From NCBI GenBank assembly GCA_012295275.1, contig CM022678.1, forward strand, positions 15,376,001 to 15,440,000: a stretch of DNA of 64,000 nucleotides, given 5' to 3'. Shown here in pieces: positions 1 to 12,019 of the stretch. The stretch comes from Chrysomallon squamiferum (taxonomy: Eukaryota; Animalia; Mollusca). The notes below the pieces were generated by a model, which ran no database searches, was not told the DNA's origin, and saw only the letters and a program-made list of their open reading frames with translations. The number at the start of each line of letters is the position of its first letter. Position 1 is the first letter of the stretch. The position numbers and the translations under genes were made by a program.

Positions 1-410
1 GAGTCTGCAACACTGTCATTTAACTTGGAGAAATCTCCATTTAACCTTTCTTCAATTAGAACCCAGTCATTTTCACTTAACGTGCAACCAGAAGCAACCT
101 CGTCCATTACTGCCATCTGAGGAACTAGAGTTCGGATCTTGGTGGATGCCAGTTTTCTTAAGTTGAATTCGTTCGCCAGTTTTTGGACCGCCTGACACTT
201 CGTTACTTCAGCAGAACAGAACTGTTCCGTCCAGGCGCCTTTCAAAGCAGTTTTGACACAAACGTTTTTATAGCCTGATGGTTCAAAGCTAGGAAACAGA
301 TAACCTTTGAAAACCTTTTTTTGACTTCCTGTGTGCCAGATGTTCGATTTGAACGCGGCGTGTCCGAAAGGTTCCCCCGGATATACGCAGCAACACGTTG
401 TGTTAGTCAT
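1..410 (-). CDS. Alpha-kinase-family gene A, N-terminal part; runs off the window edge and is not in the ORF track
   Basis: Hand translation from ATG 410: MTNTTCCCVYPGEPFGHAAFKSNIWHTGSQKKVFKGYLFPSFEPSGYKNVCVKTALKGAWTEQFCSAEVTKCQAVQKLANEFNLRKLASTKIRTLVPQMAVMDEVASGCTLSENDWVLIEERLNGDFSKLNDSVAD, open to position 1. Aligns by eye to the 3839/8648 proteins (W..G.KKV..G, VCVK, G.WT...AEV.KC...QK.A..FN, LVP, LSE.D.VL.E). Acceptor tttcag at 416-421; upstream donor cag|gtatg at 821-823. Confidence 0.85.
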   Translation of the reverse strand, partial: MTNTTCCCVYPGEPFGHAAFKSNIWHTGSQKKVFKGYLFPSFEPSGYKNVCVKTALKGAWTEQFCSAEVTKCQAVQKLANEFNLRKLASTKIRTLVPQMAVMDEVASGCTLSENDWVLIEERLNGDFSKLNDSVAD

Positions 411-599
411 TTCAGCTGAAAAATAAACACACTCTATATTTATTTATTTTTGATTAAAAACAAATAAAAACAATAAAAACAAAAAACAAAACAACAAATC
501 GCTGCTAACAAAGCTTTCGCATCTGGGAAATACCAACACACAAATACTTAGAACCAGATAAAATAATCGAGTTTGAAATTCATGATTACCCGCTGGAAA

Positions 600-633
<34 letters not shown>

Positions 634-895
634 TTTATATTTTAGAAATAAACAAATAAAAAATCAATAAAATAAAATTAACTTAAATTAAAAAAAAAAA
701 AAACACATAATTATTGAAAAATGTATTACTTGGATATCGTAGTATTTACTGAAGTATGTATCAATCTTTAACTGTAATAATAACAATAATTGTTTAAAAA
801 ATATAGAATAATTTAAACATACCTGATAGTTTCGTTTGTAACGCCAATCATTTAAACAAATGTCTTTAATGCTTGAAATCGCGAAAATTGTTTTA

Positions 896-924
896 TTTAT
901 ATACAGCCGAGATGGGGAATTTCC
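896..924 (-). promoter_or_regulatory. Putative promoter of gene A: TATA box plus kappaB (Rel/NF-kB) site
   Basis: TATATAAA on the minus strand at 896-903. GGGGAATTTCC at 914-924 fits the kappaB consensus GGGRNWYYCC. A short non-coding first exon would end at the donor at 823. Confidence 0.55.
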
Positions 925-1176
925 ATTATTAATGTTTACTATAGTACGCACGTGGTTTTCTAAATATAGCGACAGCGAACCTCGAATGTTTATCCTGTTT
1001 GTGATTATCAATAGAAAGTCACGCTGTCCTGACCTTTTTATTTAAATTTACCGGGTCAAACTGAACAAGAAAGTAGCTGAAACATCTAATAGTATTGTTT
1101 GTCATTAATTTCCATTCTTCTTTGGATGGAATCCAAACTTTCTGTATCTGTCATTATTAGCATTATTAGCATCATG

Positions 1177-1417
<241 letters not shown>

Positions 1418-3003
1418 TAAGTTTATTATGATCATGATTTTAATTATCATTATAATTATATTCCTCCTTATATTTATATATATATAACTACGTAATTATC
1501 CGGGCTGTGTATTACAGAACCACTCTCGTCAGCTGTTGTGGGGTGTGCGTGTGTTTAGTGATATCTTTATTTTGTGTCTGAATTAGTAAGCGTGTAAAGT
1601 TCTCAGTATCATCACATCAAAATCATTCTGTGAGTGCTATATTAGAAGTTGTGAGTAGGAAAGCACGTGGTCTGAGAAATAAACAGCGTGATGCTGACTG
1701 CGATTTAACGTCTGTTTAAGACGACATGTAAAAAAAAAATAAAGAAATAAAGATTTCGATTATCGAGATTGATTAATAAAAAATGTAATATTGGAATTAC
1801 TCAAAGCCATTATAATATAATATAATATAATATAATATAATATAATATAATATAATAAATCAGTAAAGCAGTAGACAGACAGAGAGATAAATAAATAAAT
1901 AAGCATAAACAAGATGAAAAAAAAAAAAAAAAAAAAAAAAATGAGAGAAATAACATTTAAAAATATGAAACAAATAAAAATCAAAAAATCAAATGAAAAA
2001 AAAAATGAAAGAAAATTAATTTAAAAAACGAAAGAAAATTAATAAAGAAATGAAAGAAAATAAATGAAAAGAAAGAAAGAAAAGGAAAAGAATGAAGAAG
2101 TGAAACGTAAATAAAAAAGTTTATTAATGAAAATTACGCAATGTTGACACTCGTGATCATTCATTGGAAAAAGGTGGGGCAGAAAGATAAACTGGCAACG
2201 TGCCAAGCGGATTAATGCACTCGCTAAATGGAAAGTTTTGTTTGATCACATGTTAATCCTAATATTTATGTATTTAGAACACTTCACATATCCGGGAATA
2301 GTTATTAATCGCAGCGTGATTATTTCTCAAAAGTTTATTACTATTTTTCATGGAAAATGATATGTTTTCTTATTGACTTTTTGTCTGAAACGTCCGCATT
2401 CATTGTATGAAACTAATTACACTGTCTGCGTTCAGTTGTAACCAAACACACACGCATGTACGCACAGACATTGGATTCGCGCTAAGTCAGTGATCGTTTC
2501 TGAAAACTGGCTATTTTTAGAACTCACAGCGTCACCTGATGCATTCAACACAATGATGTACTAGACTGTACTGATAAAGACGATTATAAACGCTTTGAAA
2601 TTTAATCTCTCCTAGACAGAACTTGTTTTTAATTATTATTATTTTCCTTTTCTTCTTTCCTTTTTTTCTTATTCCCCCCCCTCACTTAATAAAAATATGA
2701 TACGAAATTTTATGTAAATTTCATTCATTAATAAAAACTTCTCCTTATAATTTCAGTGGTGATGTTTGTTGTTTCACGTGTTTGCATGGTACGCTAAAGA
2801 ATTCTTGAGAAAATTTATTTTAAAAACCAGCTCACGCACTGAAAAGTCAGCTGATGTTCAGAGAGAAAACAAAACATTACGTCATCAAAAAAAGAAAAAA
2901 TTCCCGTGAACTCACGCAGTACATTTCTTCAAGGAGACTGGATAATAAGAAAGTGGTGTGATTTTTTATTTCATCAGCTTTTCTATTTCCTTGTTTTCAA
3001 TAA

Positions 3004-3045
<42 letters not shown>

Positions 3046-3268
3046 TAATAATATAGCCTTCTCTCTCTGACGCATACACGCACACACACACAGTACACGT
3101 ATATATATCTATATATATATACATATATATAATTATATTATACACTTGGTATGGTAACCAGACAATTATACAAAACAACAACAATAAAAAAAAAAAATAA
3201 TAATAATTTGTAAACCCTTCACTGTAGTGCATCTAATTTAAATATTTTTATAAACGTTCATGCAGGCA

Positions 3269-3405
3269 GGGAATTCCCCTAATTAAGCTGTTATCATTCA
3301 GTGGAAATTTACTACAACTGGTTTTCCCAGTTTTGTCAATGTTATAAATTCTAAGGGTAACTGAAAACTCCTAGTATAATCTTCAACAGTGTTTTGCTTT
3401 CAGAG
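3269..3405 (+). promoter_or_regulatory. Putative promoter and non-coding exon 1 of gene B, with a kappaB cluster
   Basis: GGGAATTCCCC 3269-3279, GGAAATTTAC 3303-3312, GGTTTTCCC 3320-3328, TATAAA 3343-3348, donor gag|gtaagg at 3405/3406. The intron ends at ttttag 3830. Confidence 0.55.
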
Positions 3406-3726
3406 GTAAGGTTTTGTTTTTCGTATTACTTTTATTATTATTTAATTTTAATTTTAATTTAATTTAATTTAATTTAATTTTTATTTTATCTTATTTTATT
3501 TTTGTTTCTTTATTTCATTACTTTTTTTATAATTTATTTATTTATTTATTTATTTACTGACTTATTTTAATTTCGTTTATTAGAAGTGAATGTTAAAACT
3601 GCATATCGTATTAACTATATAGTGCAGAGTTATTGAACGAATAGGATTCAAATCGAAATTTATATTTTTTAATATTTGCAGAAACAAATAGGTAGATGAG
3701 ATTAGTTATTACAACGGATCAATATT

Positions 3727-3783
<57 letters not shown>

Positions 3784-3838
3784 CAATATTAGAAAAATGT
3801 TTTGTTTTAATGGGATTGTATTAATTTTAGAAACCGCG

Positions 3839-4840
3839 ATGAGTTTCCTGTGTAACAGTACCTACAGAAGTACAAACAAAGATGGCGCTGCTTACAGCGT
3901 AGATTATGAGGACTCCTCGTGGAGAAAGGGCAGAAGGAAGAAGGTATATGTGGGAATTGCCCGAGGTCAAGGACCTCTTAACGCAGAGAAAGTTTGTGTT
4001 AAAGTGAGGCGCTCTGGGAAATGGACACACTGTGAAAGCGAGGCTGAAGTCAACAAATGTAAAATCGCTCAGAAATACGCCACGCAGTTTAACAAACTTT
4101 TCAATAAGACACGAGTTACCGTTCTTGTTCCTTTCTCCGCTAAAGTGAGCGATGTGGCGTTGCTGCACACGGTGAAACGACGGCATCGTTCTCTCAGCGA
4201 AGGAGACTTGGTCCTGTTCGAACCCAAAATCGACAAGCATTTCAAAGCTCTCGTCAGACGAAACGGCGAAGTCATTAACGACGTCGATGACAACGTTCTG
4301 GAAGCTTTCGTACATTTCACGTATCACGTGAGCGGAGGCGCGTGCGTGGTGTGCGGTCTTCAGGGAGTTATGTCACGTGACTTAAAAGAAATTCTAATTT
4401 CCGGGCCGACGGTTCACTCGGTTGGACATGACTACGGAGAGCTGGATGGAGGACGTGACGGCATCGACGAAGTCTTTAGAAACCACAGCTGCAACGACAT
4501 GTGTGAAAACTGGTCATTACCTGACGACGACATCCACCTCAAAGAACACAGCGATGTACGACTGCAGCCAACAGCTCCTCCAGAATACGACGAAATGTTT
4601 CAAATGGATGACATCGAAAAACCTGTTCAGACAGAGCCAAAGGAACAAGCATTTCCCGGGTTTTTCTCAGAATATTTTGATTATCACATGATCTGGTACA
4701 GCGATACGTCATCACCCCCACCGTATACAGAACAGCCAATGAGTTTTTCACTTCCTGATCCAGAATGTTTCCATGGTAAAGTTTACAGAAGTTGTCATGA
4801 CAACACAGAATCATATACATTTGTTCCTTACAGATATTAA
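3839..4840 (+). CDS. Alpha-kinase-fold protein B (predicted pseudokinase) with C-terminal PTAP/PPxY motifs, 333 aa, single coding exon
   Basis: Alpha-kinase (eEF2K/TRPM7/MHCK-type) motifs: VCVK lysine, AFVHFTY..S, (D->G)LQGV, (TDP->SGP), Zn-finger tail H-x-CN-x-x-C. The likely start is MSFLC (ATG 3839), just after acceptor ttttag 3830. The ORF-track start at 3797 is intronic. Confidence 0.9.
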   Translation: MSFLCNSTYRSTNKDGAAYSVDYEDSSWRKGRRKKVYVGIARGQGPLNAEKVCVKVRRSGKWTHCESEAEVNKCKIAQKYATQFNKLFNKTRVTVLVPFSAKVSDVALLHTVKRRHRSLSEGDLVLFEPKIDKHFKALVRRNGEVINDVDDNVLEAFVHFTYHVSGGACVVCGLQGVMSRDLKEILISGPTVHSVGHDYGELDGGRDGIDEVFRNHSCNDMCENWSLPDDDIHLKEHSDVRLQPTAPPEYDEMFQMDDIEKPVQTEPKEQAFPGFFSEYFDYHMIWYSDTSSPPPYTEQPMSFSLPDPECFHGKVYRSCHDNTESYTFVPYRY

Positions 4841-4944
4841 AAAAGAACGTAAAGATAAACAACACTGAATGACGTGTACATAAATCTGTATAAAGATATG
4901 TATAATAAAAACAGCTATGAGAATATCTGTGAGTTTGTTTGTCT

Positions 4945-6040
4945 GTCTCTCTTTCTTTTTCTCCATCCTTCTTTCTATTTTCACCTTATTCCCACTCTGT
5001 CAATCACTCTCTTTGTTTTCATTCCCTCCATTCCCTTCGTTCCTTTTTTCTCTCTCTCCCCTTCCTCTCTTTCTTTTTTTTCTCTCTCTCTCCTCTCTTT
5101 TTTTCTTTTTTTTCTATCTCCCTCCCTTTCTTTCTTTTTTTCTCTCCTCCCTCTCTTTCTTTCTTTTTCTATCTCCCTCCCTCTCTTTCTTTCTTTTTTT
5201 TCTCCTCCCTCTTTTTCTTTCTTTTTCTCTCTCTCCCCTCTTTCTTTCTTTTTTTTTCTCTCTCCTCCCTCTCTTTTTTTTTTTCTATCTCCCCTCCCTC
5301 TCTTTCTTTTTTTTTTCTCTCTCTCTCTCTTTTTTTTTTTCTCTCCTTCTTTCTTTCTTTTTTTTCTCTCTCCTCCCTCTTTCTTTTTTTTCTTTTTCTC
5401 TCCTCTCCTCTCTTTCTTTCTTTTTTTCTCTCTCCTTTCTTTCTTTTTTTTTTTCTCTCTCCCTCCCTCTCTTTCTTTCTTTTTCTCTCCTCCTCCTCTC
5501 TTTCTTCTTTTTTTTTCTCTCTCCCTCTCCTTCTCTTTCTTTTTTTCTCCTACCTCTATCTTTCTTTTTCTCTCTTTCTCTTTTTTCTTTTTTCTCTCTC
5601 CCTCTCTTTCTTTCCTCCTTTCTTTCTTTTTTTCTCTCTCCTCCCCTCTTTCTTTTTTTTTTTTCTCTCTCCTCTCTTTCTTTTTTTTTTTTCTCCTCTC
5701 TTTCTTTCTTTCTCCCCCTCCCTTTCTTTTTTCCCTCTTTCTTTCTTTTCCTCCTCCTCTCTTTCCTCTCCTCTCTTTCTTTCTTTTTCTCTCTTCCTCT
5801 CTTTCTTTCTTTTTTTCTTCTTCCCTCCTCTCTTTTTTCTTTTTTTTTTTCTCCCCTCCCTCTCTTTCTTTCTTTTTCTCTCTTTCTTTTTCTCTCTCTT
5901 CCCTCTCTTTCTTTTTTTTTCTCCCTTCTTTCTTTCTTTTTTCTCCATCTTCCCTCCTCTCTTTCTTTCTTTTTCTCTCTCTTCCTCCCTCTCTTTCTTT
6001 TTCTTCTCTCTTCCCCTTCCTGTCTTTCCTTCTTTTTCCT
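4945..6040. repeat. About 1.1 kb polypyrimidine (C/T) low-complexity tract
   Basis: Almost only C and T; it generates the spurious F/S/L and K/R/E ORFs. Confidence 0.9.
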
Positions 6041-6601
6041 CGCTAATATAATTATTATTGCCATAAATAACAAAAAATATATATTATTTATTGTGTTGTT
6101 TATTTGTTTATTTACTGTTCAGTGTATGCTTATAAAAATACTCAGTTGCTATTTTAAAATTCTTCCGTGGTTTAGTTTCAGAAGGTCAGTGACGAGTTAA
6201 ACAAACAAAGTGTACTTCATTATTGCGGATTTTATAAACTTTGTCTGACATACTAAAAAATCACCTGACGAGTTATTTTGGTAGCCACGTTACAGAATTC
6301 TTGAGATTTTTTTTTTTTAAATGCAGCTCACAAACTAAAAGTCAGCTGATTGTGGCAGTGAAAAATAGTGAATTATGTCAACAATCAGAGAAGAAATTCC
6401 CGTTAGTACAAAACGACGCAGTAAATGTTTTCAAGGAAACTGGTTGATGAGAAGTAGTGTAAATATGTAACTTTATATATTCTGTGTCTGACTCGTGTTT
6501 TCTATTTCTTATTTATAGTAATGAACATGATATGGTCTTGATGATGATGATGATGATGATAATAATAATAATAATATATTACATATCCCCTCTCTCAGTT
6601 T

Positions 6602-6654
<53 letters not shown>

Positions 6655-6744
6655 CACGTATTAAATATGTACTGAAACAAATATGCGTGCATAAAAAATA
6701 ACACATTTTCTAGGAAACTGAAGTATGCAATATATTTATATATG

Positions 6745-6778
<34 letters not shown>

Positions 6779-6783
6779 TGTAT

Positions 6784-6841
6784 GGAGGCGCGTGCGTTGT
6801 GTGCGGTCTTCAGGGTGTTATGTCATGTGAATTAAAAGAAA
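6784..6841 (+). pseudogene. 58-bp fragment of the alpha-kinase coding exon embedded in a (TATG)n microsatellite
   Basis: ggaggcgcgtgcgttgtgtgcggtcttcagggtgttatgtcatgtgaattaaaagaaa is nearly identical to 9143-9200 (GGACVVCGLQGVMS..LKE), with tatg repeats on both sides. Confidence 0.85.
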
Positions 6842-6842
6842 A

Positions 6843-6875
<33 letters not shown>

Positions 6876-6890
6876 ATGTACACACATACA

Positions 6891-6943
<53 letters not shown>

Positions 6944-7916
6944 TTTAAATACTTCGTAACCAGATAAATATACACAAAACCAGTTAAATAAAAGTTATAA
7001 CTACTGGGCAGCTGAATATTCCTGACTAATATTTCGATATTACAATAAAAAGAAAATAATACTTGTGAGAGAAAAAGGAAATCGTGTAACCTGGTCACTG
7101 GTTGCACGTGTTGTGTGTTAAGGCAGACACATTACAACAACACAAGACACGGTTGAGCGCGTTACTAATGACCTGCCGTGTACCTTGTGTAACACACGCA
7201 GTAAATAATGGAACTGACTGGGACAACTAAATCCAGAACACAGAACAAAATTATATAAAATAAGATTTATTTATAGACTTATTAACAGATTTTTATTTGT
7301 AGATTTATTAATTGCATTTACCCGACTATAATTAGGCTCTCGCTGTTGTTGTATGAAATGAGTAGATGTAAGAAAACACTGTAACTAGGTGCAATATAAA
7401 ACAACACTGTGGTAAAGTCAGTGGGGCTAATTGATTAACACATAGTTGTTTCAATGTAGAGGTAGCCTGCTGAACAGACTGGACTAATGTAGCAGGGGTG
7501 AACGGGTTACATTATGTGAACCAGTAAAGAGTTTTGTCTATCAAATGAAATGTCTGCATTACTGGATGTCTGTCTTTTGGAAAGGAACCCACTGTAATAT
7601 ATCCAATGTGTATATTTTAAAAATACTACAATTAATAAAATGTTCATAAGATTTTCATTCAGTTTGTAATGCTTTTCTGTTAGTTTCTTTTTTTAATTTT
7701 TAATTTTAATTTATTTGATAATATTACAGGCTCTAATTCACATATTATATTTCTGAATTTATATATTATGAATATGCGTTACAGATTTTTATATCAAATC
7801 GATTGTGGACAGCAAACACGCTACAATATAACTGACTTTTCATGCGTCATTAGATATCTGTGGTGGAATAATTACTGGTCTTGACCTTTCAATGAAATGT
7901 AATTGTGTGTAGATCA

Positions 7917-8174
7917 GGGGATTCCCCTATGATATCATCTTTCTTGGGGAAATTTATTTATAGACCTGGATTTGTCCAGTTATATGAATGTTATAGTTAC
8001 GGGGCAACTGAAAAATTCTAAAACTAATGTTTCAACATTCCTGTACTGGAGCCCGTCCCTGGGGATTCAGAGATCGGACCCGAGGCATGCGTGTCTGATC
8101 GTACTTCTGGATGTGTGTACGTAAAAAGGGTTCTGATACATATAATCCTTTAATAGTGTTTTCTCCTCTCTGAG
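7917..8174 (+). promoter_or_regulatory. Putative promoter and non-coding exon 1 of gene C, with kappaB sites
   Basis: Near-palindromic GGGGATTCCCC at 7917-7927 and GGGGAAATTT at about 7946-7955. The region is homologous to 3269-3405 and has donor gag|gtaaga at 8174/8175. It also carries an extra ~110-120 bp GC-richer segment (about 8022-8140) absent from copy B. Confidence 0.55.
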
Positions 8175-8507
8175 GTAAGATCTTGTCTTTCATATAACTT
8201 TATTTTTATTTATTTTTTAAATGTTTTGTACATTTTTATTATGCTTTTATTTTTACTTTTATTTTGATTTTGTTTTTTGTGTTTATTTTTATTTTTATTT
8301 ATATTTTTAAATTTTTTAATTTAATTTAATTTAATTTGTTTAAATTACGTTTATTAGTAGTGCATGTTAAAATAGCATTTAGTATTAACTGTATCTGACA
8401 ATTCATGGTTCTTTAATTTATATTTTTAAATACATGATGTATATAAATAGCAATATTATACCTGACGATAGTTAAATAAGTATAGTTATCAGAACTAACA
8501 TATATAT

Positions 8508-8592
<85 letters not shown>

Positions 8593-8647
8593 CAAAATGA
8601 GAGAAATGTTTTGTTATAATGGGATTGTATTAATTTTAGAATTTGCG

Positions 8648-9649
8648 ATGAGTTTCCTGTGTAACAGTACCTACAGAAGTACAAACAAAGATGGCGCTGC
8701 TTACAGCGTAGATTATGAGGACTCCTCATGGAGAAAGGGCAGAAGGAAGAAGGTATATGTGGGAATTGCCAGAGGTCAAGGACCTCTTAACGCAGAGAAA
8801 GTTTGTGTTAAGGTGAGGCGCTCTGGGAAATGGACACACTGTGAAAGTGAGGCTGAAGTCAACAAATGTAAAATCGCTCAGAAATACGCCACGCAGTTTA
8901 ACAAACTTTTCAATAAGACACGAGTTACCGTTCTTGTTCCTTTCTTCGCTAAAGTGTGCGATGTGGCGTTGCTGCACACGGTGAAACGACGGCATCGTTC
9001 TCTCAGCGAAGGAGACTTGGTCCTGTTCGAACCCAAAATCGACAAGCATTTCAAAGCTCTCGTCACACGAAACGGTGAAGTCATTAACGACGTTGATAAC
9101 AACGTTCTGGAAGCTTTCGTACATTTCACGTATCACGTGAGCGGAGGCGCGTGCGTGGTGTGCGGTCTTCAGGGTGTTATGTCACGTGACTTAAAAGAAA
9201 TTCTAATTTCCGGGCCGACGGTTCACTCGGTTGGACGTGACTATGGAGAGCTGGACGGAGGACGTGACGGCATCGACGAAGTCTTCAGAAACCACAGATG
9301 CAACGACATGTGTGAAAACTGGTCATTACCTGACGACGACATCCACCTCAAAGAACACAGCGATGTACGACTGCAGCCAACAGCTCCTCCAGAATACGAC
9401 GAAATATTTCAAATGGATGACATCGAAAAACCTGTTCAGGCTGAGCCAAACCAAAAAGCATTTCCCGGTTTTTTCTCAGAATATTTTGATTATCACATGA
9501 TCTGGTACAGTGATACGTCATCACCCCCACCGTATACAGAACAGCCAATGTGTTTTTCATTTCCTGATCCAGAATATTTCCATGGTAAAGTTTACAGAAG
9601 TTGTCATGACAGCACAGAATCATATACATTTGTTCCTTACAGATATTAA
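8648..9649 (+). CDS. Alpha-kinase-fold protein C (predicted pseudokinase), tandem duplicate of B, 333 aa
   Basis: About 15 amino-acid differences from B by hand comparison. Same GLQG/SGP substitutions, PTAPPEY and PPPY. Acceptor ttttag at 8639, ATG at 8648. Confidence 0.9.
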   Translation: MSFLCNSTYRSTNKDGAAYSVDYEDSSWRKGRRKKVYVGIARGQGPLNAEKVCVKVRRSGKWTHCESEAEVNKCKIAQKYATQFNKLFNKTRVTVLVPFFAKVCDVALLHTVKRRHRSLSEGDLVLFEPKIDKHFKALVTRNGEVINDVDNNVLEAFVHFTYHVSGGACVVCGLQGVMSRDLKEILISGPTVHSVGRDYGELDGGRDGIDEVFRNHRCNDMCENWSLPDDDIHLKEHSDVRLQPTAPPEYDEIFQMDDIEKPVQAEPNQKAFPGFFSEYFDYHMIWYSDTSSPPPYTEQPMCFSFPDPEYFHGKVYRSCHDSTESYTFVPYRY

Positions 9650-9755
9650 ATAAGAACGTTATGATTAAAAAATACTGAATGAAATGTATATAATTATAAA
9701 GATATGTATAATAAAAACAAGTATGAGTTTGTTAAAAAAGTATTATATAATTAAG

Positions 9756-9858
9756 TATAAAGATATGTATAATTAAGTATAAAGATATGTATAATTATGT
9801 ATAAAGATATGTATAATTATGTATAAAGATATGTATAATTATGTATAAAGATATGTAT
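9756..9858. repeat. 22-bp tandem repeat (ataattatgtataaagatatgt) in the 3' flank/UTR of gene C
   Basis: About 4-5 consecutive copies; the equivalent flank of gene B has only a single related unit. Confidence 0.75.
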
Positions 9859-10012
9859 GGTAAAAACAATTATTAGAATCTGAGTCAGTTTGTTTGTCTT
9901 CCTCTCTTTTTCTCCATCTTTCTCTCTATTTTAGCCTTTGTATCTCTGTATCCTTCCCACTCTGTAACTGTCTTTCTTTGTCCTAGCTAGTTTAATTAAC
10001 AAATAACAAAAT

Positions 10013-10137
<125 letters not shown>

Positions 10138-10381
10138 GTCGATAAGTTTTTCTACTGTTAGGATATTTGGTGACTTTTTTTTCATCTTTGCATAGAGATG
10201 TACGAGAAAACAAGCAGATAATTAAATAATTGTAGTTTTGTTCTGAATCTAAGTCTCTCAAGTGTTTTCGATTAATTAGAACAGGAACATAAATAATAAA
10301 TAAGTACTTGTTACACAACAGCTATTACAATTACTACACCTTCTACTACTACTTCTTCTACAACCACTGCTGCTGCTGCTG

Positions 10382-11420
<1,039 letters not shown>

Positions 11421-11987
11421 TTCTTTGTCTCCATTGTCTCTCTCTATTTTGTTTTGTTTTATTTGTTTGTGTGTGTCTGTTTCAGACTAAATTAGTAAGT
11501 ATCAACATGCTTTTTACAACAGTTATTTTGTTGAAAAATGAAGGTCGTGCAAGATTTATCACTATACATTAAAAAAAACAACAAAAATAAAAGACAGAGT
11601 CAGAAAAAGAAAAAAAAACCCACCTTTGTATTGAAAATAAATAGCTCCTAAGTTATAAAGTTCTCGGAGAAAAAAAAAAAGTCTAAATTGGTGACAAATA
11701 TTTGTGTCGTCTGCTTCTTATTCAGTGTGTGATGTTAATCTGTCACATCGTGTTGACGTTAAATAATGTCAGTACATACTAACTAGACGTTGTCCTGTGT
11801 CCCGGATGTTGTCAGAGTCTAATGAGAAGTACAGAGAATATGAACTGTAAACACATGCTTACATAACCACAAACACTGGTAAACACCATTCAAAATTTTA
11901 GTTAACATAGCTGGAAATAAATTATCTTTTTTCTTTATTTCTTTCCTTCTTTATTTTATTTCCTTTCTTTCTTTCTTTCTTTCTTTT

Positions 11988-12019
<32 letters not shown>

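Noticed and set aside
3797-3838. ORF-track N-terminal extensions MFCFNGIVLILETA and MREMFCYNGIVLILEFA (8597)
   Set aside because: They overlap the intron end (ttttag acceptor at 3830 and 8639); the start is more likely MSFLC.
4568-4588. Endogenous filovirus origin of PTAPPEY
   Set aside because: Only a 7-aa linear motif matches. The rest of the protein is alpha-kinase-like with a spliced 5' UTR, so convergence is the simpler explanation.
3827-4865. Antisense and alternative-frame ORFs over gene B (and the equivalents over gene C)
   Set aside because: They are shadows of the alpha-kinase exon, with no recognisable motifs and differing ends between the two copies.
4874-6200. Long F/S/L-rich and K/R/E-rich ORFs (up to 427 aa)
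   Set aside because: They are translations of a polypyrimidine tract that cannot contain stop codons.
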